Shown piece by piece: positions 1 through 7,086 of a stretch of DNA of 12,239 bases (position 1 is its first letter; every line of letters begins with the position of its first letter). The notes under the pieces are model-generated. The model was not told where the DNA came from and did not search any database. It saw nothing but the letters and a program-made list of their open reading frames with translations. The translations under genes were made by a program, and so were the position numbers. Location: NCBI GenBank assembly GCA_038823825.1, contig JAWBCC010000008.1, forward strand, positions 1 through 12,239. Reading direction: 5' to 3'. Source of the stretch: Candidatus Hadarchaeales archaeon. Its GTDB lineage: Archaea; Hadarchaeota; Hadarchaeia; Hadarchaeales; Hadarchaeaceae.

Positions 1-177
1 CCTCCGAGACTGAGCATCCAGTTGTGTCTATGTAGGCTGATCCTAGCGGACAGCTGAAGCTCCACGTTCCTTCACTCTTCGTGGCCTGCCACGTGTAGTG
101 GTTTCTCGTGCTGTCTGGGTCGCCACTACCCAGAGAACTCTCATAAGCCATCAAAGTTATGCTTGAGAGGTTCATGT
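1..177. repeat. Copy B of the perfect direct repeat, possibly continuing beyond the window start
   Basis: Identical to 904..1080. Encodes MNLSSITLMAYESSLGSGDPDSTRNHYTWQATKSEGTWSFSCPLGSAYIDTTGCSVSE. Confidence 0.95.
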
Positions 178-394
178 CTTGGTCCGTTATCACCACTGTC
201 ACTGTCTGCCAAGTGTAGGGAATCCACTCGGTTACCGCTGGTACGGCGCTCTGAACTATCGGCGGGTAAGGAACAACAGTCACCGTTGCAGAGCCAGAGA
301 CTTCTCTTTCCTCCGCAGATATAACTAGAGGGACCGCGCTGACGCTGAAAGTCAATAGGATGAGAATCAGCAGTGAAGCGATCTTGCTCCTCAT
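1..394 (-). CDS. Partial CDS (C-terminus beyond window start): secreted surface protein with signal peptide, paralogous to the C-terminal region of the adjacent DUF2341 protein
   Basis: Manual translation from the ATG at 394..392 gives MRSKIASLLILILLTFSVSAVPLVISAEEREVSGSATVTVVPYPPIVQSAVPAVTEWIPYTWQTVTVVITDQDMNLSSITLMAYESSLG...GCSVSE, open to the edge. It has an N-terminal signal peptide, purine-rich GGGGGAAG upstream, and starts 12 bp after the previous stop. Confidence 0.85.
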   Translation of the reverse strand, partial: MRSKIASLLILILLTFSVSAVPLVISAEEREVSGSATVTVVPYPPIVQSAVPAVTEWIPYTWQTVTVVITDQDMNLSSITLMAYESSLGSGDPDSTRNHYTWQATKSEGTWSFSCPLGSAYIDTTGCSVSE

Positions 395-406
395 CGTCTT
401 CCCCCT

Positions 407-2263
407 TCACTCGACTCTCACGTAGAATGTGTTCGTGTAGTCTCCTGGAACTGCGTCGGCAGGTATGTCGAGTCTCCACTGAATCTGCTTCGCCACGTCT
501 TCTCCGTATTGAACATTACTCCAGACATTCTGATATGCTGTGCTCAAGGAGACAGTTGTCTCGCCTATCGCCTTCGTTGCGCTCGCAGGCATCGTGTCAG
601 CGCCCTTCACCCAGTCACCTGCAGCCTTTACCTTTATATCGAAGTTTTGGTTACTCGTGACTGTGACAGTCATTGGACTCTGGCTCGCATAGACGCTTTG
701 CCCCTGCATTCCTAAGAAGGTGAGCGTATTTGTGCTCAGAGCCATCTCTAAGTATACCTGAACAGTTACAGCATTAGCGTTCTCCAGATAATCGTAGAGA
801 TTTGTATCGTCAGTTGCGCTCGCATAGAGATCCCATGTTCCTGGAGCAGCTGTCTTTGCAACTCTCACCTTGAATGTCGCCGTGTATGTCTTTGTGTTTG
901 CATCCTCCGAGACTGAGCATCCAGTTGTGTCTATGTAGGCTGATCCTAGCGGACAGCTGAAGCTCCACGTTCCTTCACTCTTCGTGGCCTGCCACGTGTA
1001 GTGGTTTCTCGTGCTGTCTGGGTCGCCACTACCCAGAGAACTCTCATAAGCCATCAAAGTTATGCTTGAGAGGTTCATGTTGCCATCCCAAACTGTCACT
1101 GTGACTGTGGTCCAGACATATGGTGTCCAAGCTGTGTCCGCTGGAACCACGCTCTGAACGTCTGGCGTCCACGGATACTCAGAGATGCTAGCCGAACCGC
1201 TCAGATAGCCGACCGTCGGGTTAGTTTCTTCACTTCCGACAGTCGTGACTGGATCCGGACCGAGATCATTGTATCTCCTGACGAAGAACCAGTCGTAGTA
1301 GTAGGATGAAGTTCCTCCACCATTCCAGACTCTCAGCTTGTATTTATCGATATACCATCCTCCCTCCTCGGGTGCCCAGTCTCCAAACTGCCAATCTCTG
1401 ACGTTTTCAAGCAATTCTCTGTAGTTCGCGTTGTCTTCTCCGAAGTAGAAATTCACGTTTATCCATTCCTTTTGTCCATCAGGCCCATGAAGAATTATCT
1501 GCCCGATGTACCACTTATTCCCTTCAACCAATTTCTGTCCCCACGTTCCATCAACGAAAAACTTGAAGTCTCCATCGGCTTTGAAAATCCCCGCCATCTC
1601 CTTGATTCCCCAACCTGGACCCTCTAGGCAAACTCCTCCTCTCCACGTCGAGGCGTTCTTTATTCTGAACTCAATGATTCTTCTGGTGTTCAGATAACCA
1701 ATACCCTGTCCCGGACCATGTTCAATAAAAGCCTCCTGGTCGTTGTAATCCTCGAGCCTTAAAACATACCCGAAGACATCGACACCAGTGCTGCTCCTTC
1801 CCCATTTGGGAGAAAGCTGATCCAAACTTGTGTAGAGGAAATCATCGAAGAAGAGGAAGACGTCGTCACCGTTTTCAGCGCTCGTTGCGTACGGATTTCC
1901 ATAATACATGTAAATTGAGTCGTCAGTGTTCTGCAGTCTGCGTACCCACGCCACGTTCAGATAACCGCTTTCATTCCTCTCGATCCAATAGGGCAGCGGG
2001 TCTCCAGTCTCGTCTTCGATGAATCGGATGCTTGGATACATGCTCTTAGGAATGTCCGACGGGATAACGATCTTTATCTGGAAGTTTTCTGGGTGGCTCC
2101 CGCTTATCGTTATTTTTCTCCTGTACGGCCATGCGTCGTTCCACCAAGTAACTTGGGCACTAACTGCAGAAGATGTCACGAGAAGAATCGCTGGAACCAT
2201 CGCTGTGATCAAAAGTGCGCTGAGGAAAACTGCAAATCCCTTTCCTATCTTAACTCTTTTCAT
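407..2263 (-). CDS. Secreted DUF2341-domain surface protein, about 618 aa
   Basis: Long ORF. The track start at 2425 adds 54 low-complexity residues that read through the promoter region. The start at 2263 (MKRVKIGKGFAVFLSALLITAMVPAILLVTSSAVSAQ) gives a clear signal peptide. TWWNDAWPYRRKITI...IRFIEDETGDPLPYWIE...IYMYYGNP is a typical DUF2341 signature. Confidence 0.9.
   Translation of the reverse strand: MKRVKIGKGFAVFLSALLITAMVPAILLVTSSAVSAQVTWWNDAWPYRRKITISGSHPENFQIKIVIPSDIPKSMYPSIRFIEDETGDPLPYWIERNESGYLNVAWVRRLQNTDDSIYMYYGNPYATSAENGDDVFLFFDDFLYTSLDQLSPKWGRSSTGVDVFGYVLRLEDYNDQEAFIEHGPGQGIGYLNTRRIIEFRIKNASTWRGGVCLEGPGWGIKEMAGIFKADGDFKFFVDGTWGQKLVEGNKWYIGQIILHGPDGQKEWINVNFYFGEDNANYRELLENVRDWQFGDWAPEEGGWYIDKYKLRVWNGGGTSSYYYDWFFVRRYNDLGPDPVTTVGSEETNPTVGYLSGSASISEYPWTPDVQSVVPADTAWTPYVWTTVTVTVWDGNMNLSSITLMAYESSLGSGDPDSTRNHYTWQATKSEGTWSFSCPLGSAYIDTTGCSVSEDANTKTYTATFKVRVAKTAAPGTWDLYASATDDTNLYDYLENANAVTVQVYLEMALSTNTLTFLGMQGQSVYASQSPMTVTVTSNQNFDIKVKAAGDWVKGADTMPASATKAIGETTVSLSTAYQNVWSNVQYGEDVAKQIQWRLDIPADAVPGDYTNTFYVRVE
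904..1080. repeat. Copy A of a perfect direct repeat of at least 177 bp (partner 1..177, offset 903)
   Basis: Letter-by-letter comparison: cctccgagactgagcatccagttgtg...gcttgagaggttcatgt is identical at both positions. The next base differs (t1081 versus c178). Confidence 0.95.
1232..1840 (-). other. Concanavalin-like domain commonly following DUF2341, ending in DWFFVRRY...TVGSEE
   Basis: FFDDF...DVFGYVLRLED...RIIEFRIKN...YYYDWFFVRRYNDLGPDPVTTVGSEE. The same C-terminal motif occurs in the giant protein at about 11836-11910. Confidence 0.6.
1841..2152 (-). other. DUF2341 domain region
   Basis: WWNDAWPYRRKITISG...FQIKIVIPSDI...IRFIEDETGDPLPYWIERNESGYLNVAWVRRLQNTDDSIYMYYGNPYA followed by FFDDF. 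Confidence 0.8.
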
Positions 2264-2305
2264 TCTATCTACCTTTTTTTTGCAATAAAGACTTCTTACT
2301 ATGTC

Positions 2306-2320
2306 ATAAAAAGTTTTCGG
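2306..2320 (-). promoter_or_regulatory. Probable archaeal BRE/TATA promoter of the DUF2341 gene
   Basis: The minus strand reads CCGAAAACTTTTTATGAC, a BRE-like purine stretch plus a TATA-like box, about 43-57 bp upstream of the ATG at 2263. An A-rich leader with AAGGTAG precedes the start. Confidence 0.6.
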
Positions 2321-2323
2321 TGA

Positions 2324-2337
2324 TTTAAAAACCTTTA
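2324..2337 (-). promoter_or_regulatory. Possible second, distal TATA-like element
   Basis: Minus strand TAAAGGTTTTTAAAT. The AAAGGTTTTTAAA core is also present in the element upstream of the 182-aa gene. Confidence 0.35.
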
Positions 2338-2373
2338 AAATCCTGATTTCAAGCCAAGCCAGCCGAAAAATTC

Positions 2374-5300
2374 TCATTTTAAAACGATAAACTTCAGAAG
2401 CATTACCACAACGGCCGCGGCACAAACGATTCCAATCGCCAAAACTACCGGAAGTGAAACACCCTCTTCAACGACTGTGAGTATTTTGCTCAAGTTCCCT
2501 ACGGAAATCGTGTGTTCCCCAACTTCCTCGATTTCGATCGTAAAGTTCACCGTGGTCGACTGAGAGGGATCCAAACTAACATTTTTGCTCTCGACTAGAA
2601 CCCCATCTACTTTCAGCATGACAAGATAGCTGCCTGTCTCGTCTCCGATGTTCTTGACGATAACTGAAACTGTCACTTTTTCCCCGCGTTTTACCTTATC
2701 TTTTGACAGCGTTAGGTTCTCGAGGATGAAGTTTGCACCCATCCTTCCAACGAAGAACGTTGCACTCAGACCGTCAACAGAAACCGTGTGCTCCCCAAGT
2801 TCCTCGACGGAGATCGTGAAGGTGACGGTCGTTTTCTGCCCAGCCCCGAGCGTCACCTCCCTGCTCTCAACTTCTACTCCATCTACTTTGAGAACTAACG
2901 TGCGGGATCCTGCCGCCGTTCCAACATTTGCAACATCCACAGACACTGTGATGTTTTCGCCGGGCTTGACGTTTTCCTTCGAGAGTCTGAGATTCTCAAC
3001 TACGAATATCGGGACATTTTCTGCTGACGGTGTGAGCGCCAACGAGAGTCTGGCTATCTCAACAAATCCGACTCCGCTTGAAGAGGGTCTCACAAATGAA
3101 TACTGCCCGGCCGAGAGTCCGAGCTTGTTGTTGATCGGTATCAACCCTTCAATCCAAACAGTTGTGAGTCCGCTCAACGGAATCGTGAAAGCGAGTGTGG
3201 TCTCGTTCTCTCTGACAAGAGTGAAGGTCTTCGTGTCAAATAGTTGACCGTTGACATAGAGTTTTACCCACCCGCTCCCATCATGGCTTCCAACATTTCT
3301 AACCTTGAGAGAGACGGTTGCCTGCTGCCCCAGAACGGTGGCCGTCAGATCTCTGTATTCAAACTCCGGACCGTAGTAGGCAACTGCAAGCCCCGTGCTC
3401 GTGTCGTTCGCCCCGTAATAGCAATAGAGCCAATTATCTACTAAAATCGTCTGACCTGGAAAGTTCGGTCCGTCATTCCAAGCTGCTCCCGTCGCTCCGT
3501 TTGGCGCCTTTCCGTAGTAAACCGGAATGAAAGGAAGCGTTGAAACCTTCAAAAGCCTCCATGGCTGTGATCCGTCAAAGATGGCTTCCGCGATCGTCGC
3601 CTCCGTGCCACCGACATAGCCTTCAAGAGTAGACGCACATATCAGCACCCTGATGTTACCATCCGAATCTACGAAGGCATCACCTACTGGATTCTCCGAA
3701 TCTCCCCAAATGTTGTTGCCAGCTGGAACCGTACCTCCACCGGTCACGATCCAGTTTGACTGTTCAAGATTGTTCGTGAAGATTACCCCTCCACCCTCTT
3801 TGTACCCGATGAATCTATACGTCTGTCCGCCATAGGTGACTCTTCTTCCGCTTGGCCAAGCATCTAAGTCTAAAATCGCCACAACCTTGTGCTGTCCGTA
3901 TTGATCGTGAACCGCGATCACCCAAGGGGAGCTCCAGTTTATGCAGTCCGTGCTCCACGCCATCCTTCCCTGCGAAGTGTCTACGTTCGTGTACTCGGCA
4001 TAAAATCTTCCATCTACGTAAAGAAGTTCTGGATCCTCGGGTCGACCGTCAGTTATCACGGCGCTTGGATGCTTTGTCCAGTGAACACCATCAGTACTTG
4101 TGGCAAGACCTATGTTGCTGTTTGGCGGTCCTTCCGGCGGGGCTGGTATCGGATTCCCCCTGTAAAGCATATAGAACGTGCCATTGACATATGCAACTCC
4201 CGGGTTGAAAGCTCCCATCTGATCCCACGTTCCTTGAGTTGGTGTAAGCACGGGATTCCACGGGAGATCTACTCTCCACCTGTACGTCCAAGTGTCCAAG
4301 AAAGAGAAACTGAAGTTGTCAAACCTAGCCGGGCCGCGGGAGAGAATCAAAGGATATCGTGGATAGTCGGTATCTACAACCGTCCTTACTCTGGCCAGTT
4401 CGAAACCCGTAACTTCCTGCACGTAAGCCATCACTGTTTTAGATCTTCGAGAATACTCCAGAACCAGCCTATAAGGTGTTCCCTGCTGAAGAAAGCCCGT
4501 TCCCGCCCACTCAACTTTCCATATGTATTCTCCTCCCACCTGCTCTTCTGCCCACACGAGACCACCGATCTCGTCCCTCTTCCACCATTCATAGGGAGTG
4601 ACGTCAAAGATGGAATAACCAGCTTTTCTGGCCACTATAAGGTCTCCGGCTGCCGTGTCAACATATGCAAATACCCATATTCCGTTATCCGACGCAAACC
4701 CCACGCCGGGCATCGGGTTTGATGAATCTAGAACAAAGATCACGGAAACTCTTCCTTCCTCTTCGCCGAGCATCACATCATTTCTGTAAGCATAACCAAT
4801 CCCGGTTCCAGTGTATTGCAAAGATCTAGTTCCGTAGATCGCATTGGTCGTAAGTTGCATTCCGCTGACCGAATAGTTTGTTAATGCTTGCTCGAAGCCG
4901 TCCACAAACTCTCTTCGTGGATATTCCGGTGGATTTCCAACACCAAAGATGAAGGTGTTCTCCGATCTTTTTCTTTCTCCTCCGGCTCCAACTGCTACGA
5001 CCCACCACTCGTGAACACCGGCTGAAACATTTGAGAGCACAACAGTGTTTGAAGTTGTGTTTTCTACGTTGACACCATCTATCCAGACCTCATACCGCTG
5101 GACTTGCATATCTGGAGCATTCTCCCAAACCAAGACAACTGGTGGGGATGAAATCCAAGCACCGTTTGGTGCTGTGAGGGTGAATGGTCTCACCGTAACA
5201 ATGGAGAAAGTGAAGATTTGTGAGCTTCTAGAATTCCCAGCCTTGTCAAGAGCCACAACATACCAACTGTACGTTCCGGCCTGCAGTTGCAGGGTGTGAG

Positions 5301-6468
5301 AAGTCAATGTCGTGGTCGCAACTTTCGATCCATCAACCCAGAGCTCATATCCTGCGAGACCCGTTTGCGCATCCGAACTGTTCTCCCAACTGAACGTTAC
5401 GTTCGTTGAGGTGAGAATTGCATTGTTTTCAGGTGAAATCAGATTGAAGGGAGCGGGTGGTATGTTGTCCTCGAGGATGGAGAACCTGAACACGCTTGAG
5501 TAAATTTTGTCTCCGTTATCGAGTACAGCTACGATTTGCCAATTGTGATCTCCTGTCGACACGATTTTAGTATAACTAGTTGACGTGGTGTTCTCGATGT
5601 TTGAACCATCGAGCCAGATTTCATAGTAGAGGAGATTTCCTTCCGTAACCCACTGTGGACTGTTTCTGAGGGTCCCGTTTCGATTATTCCCCGATGCATC
5701 AAAAACGGTGCTTCCGCTTCCCTCGTCCATCTTCCACCAACCAAACAAATCGGTATTGTCAATTGGCTTGCCCAGCCAGAGGTTTTCTATCTCCGCTTGA
5801 GATAGAGCTCGCCTGTATATTCTGAAATCGTCAACGGCTGCGTTGACTGGATAGTTTTGACCAAGTCCCACGCCGACAAGATTTGCGCCTGGATTCTGCG
5901 TAGACCAATCTCCTATCGAGGTTGGAACCCCGGATGTGAGCTCTCTGAGCAATCTGTTGTCTTCATAAACCGCCATCCTCACTCCACGCTGGAAGACTAT
6001 AGTGTAGAGATGCCACTCACCCACTGGTGGTGTGTAGTAGGTCGGAAGTTTTATCTCGTTTAAATTCTGGTCTCTTACCGTGAATCTTAGACCCTCGCTT
6101 GTGCTTTCGTAGTTGAGCTGGAAACCAGTCCCAAGTGAAAAGTCAATGATTTTATCATGGTCTGCAACAGGCGGCTGAGCATTAAATCTCACCCATATGC
6201 TCGCGGTGAAATCTATAGAACCAGAAAGCTCTGTGAACTTCGGGAACTCTATATGCGGCTTCGCGGAGGGATTGTTGAAGTTGATGTACGTCCTTTTGAT
6301 GACACCTGCGTTCTCCCAGACAAAAGTCACCCTGTTATCGTAAAGTTGAGCGTTGTTCTCTGGCTTTAAAAGGTTGAAGGATTGCTGGGAGACGGAAAGC
6401 ATTGCCATCAATAACGCAAAAAGAGCCGGAAGCATGAGGACAAGGCAGAACTTGGAAAGATGTTTCAT
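2374..6468 (-). CDS. Multidomain secreted, C-terminally anchored protein: Ig/FN3-like repeats, LamG-like domain, ConA-like region, GH130/GH43-like propeller, CARDB-like repeats, C-terminal TM
   Basis: 1364-aa ORF with signal peptide MKHLSKFCLVLMLPALFALLMAMLSVSQQ and a recognisable mosaic of domains. GAGG lies a few bases upstream of the ATG. Confidence 0.95.
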   Translation of the reverse strand: MKHLSKFCLVLMLPALFALLMAMLSVSQQSFNLLKPENNAQLYDNRVTFVWENAGVIKRTYINFNNPSAKPHIEFPKFTELSGSIDFTASIWVRFNAQPPVADHDKIIDFSLGTGFQLNYESTSEGLRFTVRDQNLNEIKLPTYYTPPVGEWHLYTIVFQRGVRMAVYEDNRLLRELTSGVPTSIGDWSTQNPGANLVGVGLGQNYPVNAAVDDFRIYRRALSQAEIENLWLGKPIDNTDLFGWWKMDEGSGSTVFDASGNNRNGTLRNSPQWVTEGNLLYYEIWLDGSNIENTTSTSYTKIVSTGDHNWQIVAVLDNGDKIYSSVFRFSILEDNIPPAPFNLISPENNAILTSTNVTFSWENSSDAQTGLAGYELWVDGSKVATTTLTSHTLQLQAGTYSWYVVALDKAGNSRSSQIFTFSIVTVRPFTLTAPNGAWISSPPVVLVWENAPDMQVQRYEVWIDGVNVENTTSNTVVLSNVSAGVHEWWVVAVGAGGERKRSENTFIFGVGNPPEYPRREFVDGFEQALTNYSVSGMQLTTNAIYGTRSLQYTGTGIGYAYRNDVMLGEEEGRVSVIFVLDSSNPMPGVGFASDNGIWVFAYVDTAAGDLIVARKAGYSIFDVTPYEWWKRDEIGGLVWAEEQVGGEYIWKVEWAGTGFLQQGTPYRLVLEYSRRSKTVMAYVQEVTGFELARVRTVVDTDYPRYPLILSRGPARFDNFSFSFLDTWTYRWRVDLPWNPVLTPTQGTWDQMGAFNPGVAYVNGTFYMLYRGNPIPAPPEGPPNSNIGLATSTDGVHWTKHPSAVITDGRPEDPELLYVDGRFYAEYTNVDTSQGRMAWSTDCINWSSPWVIAVHDQYGQHKVVAILDLDAWPSGRRVTYGGQTYRFIGYKEGGGVIFTNNLEQSNWIVTGGGTVPAGNNIWGDSENPVGDAFVDSDGNIRVLICASTLEGYVGGTEATIAEAIFDGSQPWRLLKVSTLPFIPVYYGKAPNGATGAAWNDGPNFPGQTILVDNWLYCYYGANDTSTGLAVAYYGPEFEYRDLTATVLGQQATVSLKVRNVGSHDGSGWVKLYVNGQLFDTKTFTLVRENETTLAFTIPLSGLTTVWIEGLIPINNKLGLSAGQYSFVRPSSSGVGFVEIARLSLALTPSAENVPIFVVENLRLSKENVKPGENITVSVDVANVGTAAGSRTLVLKVDGVEVESREVTLGAGQKTTVTFTISVEELGEHTVSVDGLSATFFVGRMGANFILENLTLSKDKVKRGEKVTVSVIVKNIGDETGSYLVMLKVDGVLVESKNVSLDPSQSTTVNFTIEIEEVGEHTISVGNLSKILTVVEEGVSLPVVLAIGIVCAAAVVVMLLKFIVLK
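2389..2457 (-). other. C-terminal transmembrane anchor of the 1364-aa protein
   Basis: SLPVVLAIGIVCAAAVVVMLLKFIVLK at the extreme C-terminus. Confidence 0.8.
2470..3360 (-). other. CARDB-like repeats (two close copies, about 2749-3006 and 2470-2730, plus a divergent copy about 3139-3360)
   Basis: VENLRLSKENVKPGENITVSVDVANVGTAAGSRTLVLKVDGVEVESREVTLGAGQKTTVTFTI and LENLTLSKDKVKRGEKVTVSVIVKNIGDETGSYLVMLKVDGVLVESKNVSLDPSQSTTVNFTI. Confidence 0.8.
3370..4266 (-). other. Five-bladed beta-propeller glycosidase/phosphorylase-like domain (GH130 or GH43-like superfamily)
   Basis: FNPGVAYVNGTFYMLYRGNP...SNIGLATSTDGVHWTKHPSAVI...GRPEDPELLYVDGRFYAEYT...GRMAWSTDCINWS...LVDNWLYCYYGANDTSTGLAVAY. These are blade-type motifs, and the exact family is uncertain. 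Confidence 0.65.
5665..6303 (-). other. LamG/concanavalin-like lectin domain, apparently permuted
   Basis: FTELSGSIDFTASIWVRFNA...GEWHLYTIVFQRGVRMAVYEDNRLL...AAVDDFRIYRRALSQAEIENLWLG, then DLFGWWKMDEGSGSTVFDASGNNRNGTLRNSPQWV. Confidence 0.75.
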
Positions 6469-7013
6469 GTCGTCATCCTCTGCGTTTTTACGACCGCGAT
6501 TGAAACCGCGACAAGAATTATCAGGATGGCTACAATTATTGCAGCAACCAGCTGGAGACTCAGACCTTTCTCCCGGACTTCTCCTCTAAAGTTTACACCA
6601 AATGTTCTCACTATCGTTGCGCCGGTTATGTTTTCCACATTCTCGGCTTCTCCGGCCAGCGCACATTTCACATCGAGCGAGAACCAGAATGTTCCGGGCG
6701 CCTTCGCCTTGACTTTCACCTCAACTTGCCCCACGGCCCCTTCGTTGGGGGAACCGTTTTCAACTAGAATCGCGCTGGGATAAGAGACAACAACCGTTCT
6801 ATTATCACAGTTGTCTGAAATCGTGACGGCCAAAGGTTGCGGATAGTAGTTAATCACGGTTATCCTGAAAGTGTTCTCTTGCCCCTCCTTCAATGATAAG
6901 TTGTCGAGGTATGGAGGAAAGCTGATCGCCACGCTCGCCGTTGACATTCCTGACGCTAGAAGGGAAATAGCAAAAGCGAGCGGGAGCAGGGATGCATACA
7001 TCACAACTCTCAT
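6465..7013 (-). CDS. Small secreted beta-sandwich-like protein with C-terminal TM, function unknown
   Basis: 182-aa ORF with signal-like N-terminus MRVVMYASLLPLAFAISLLASGMSTA, beta-rich middle and C-terminal LQLVAAIIVAILIILVAVSIAVVKTQRMTT. A promoter-like element precedes it and its stop overlaps the next start. Confidence 0.85.
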   Translation of the reverse strand: MRVVMYASLLPLAFAISLLASGMSTASVAISFPPYLDNLSLKEGQENTFRITVINYYPQPLAVTISDNCDNRTVVVSYPSAILVENGSPNEGAVGQVEVKVKAKAPGTFWFSLDVKCALAGEAENVENITGATIVRTFGVNFRGEVREKGLSLQLVAAIIVAILIILVAVSIAVVKTQRMTT

Positions 7014-7040
7014 AGACTTCTATACGAATTCTCCCATGTT

Positions 7041-7058
7041 GTTTTAAAAACCTTTCGC
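7041..7058 (-). promoter_or_regulatory. Probable archaeal BRE/TATA promoter for the 182-aa/1364-aa gene pair
   Basis: Minus strand GCGAAAGGTTTTTAAAAC, about 28-45 bp upstream of the ATG at 7013, in the only gap between genes 1 and 2. It implies a very short leader. Confidence 0.6.
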
Positions 7059-7086
7059 TAGTCTCTGTTTTCTTCAAATTGTCCGA

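Noticed and set aside
141-479. 112-aa minus-strand ORF
   Set aside because: Different frame from the signal-peptide-bearing CDS at 1..394 and overlaps the end of the DUF2341 gene. Low-plausibility composition.
2360-2373. Poly-U type terminator after the 1364-aa gene
   Set aside because: Only a short TTTTT run without other support. Too weak to annotate.
2264-2425. 54-aa N-terminal extension of the 672-aa ORF
   Set aside because: It would read through the promoter-like region and overlap the 3' end of the previous gene. The ATG at 2263 gives a proper signal peptide.
2648-3247. 199-aa plus-strand ORF, Ser/Thr/Val rich
   Set aside because: Antisense to the CARDB-like region. The repetitive composition mirrors the repeats on the coding strand.
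3889-4722. 277-aa plus-strand ORF
   Set aside because: Lies entirely antisense to the well-supported 1364-aa protein. No recognisable domain or signal peptide, so it looks like a shadow ORF.
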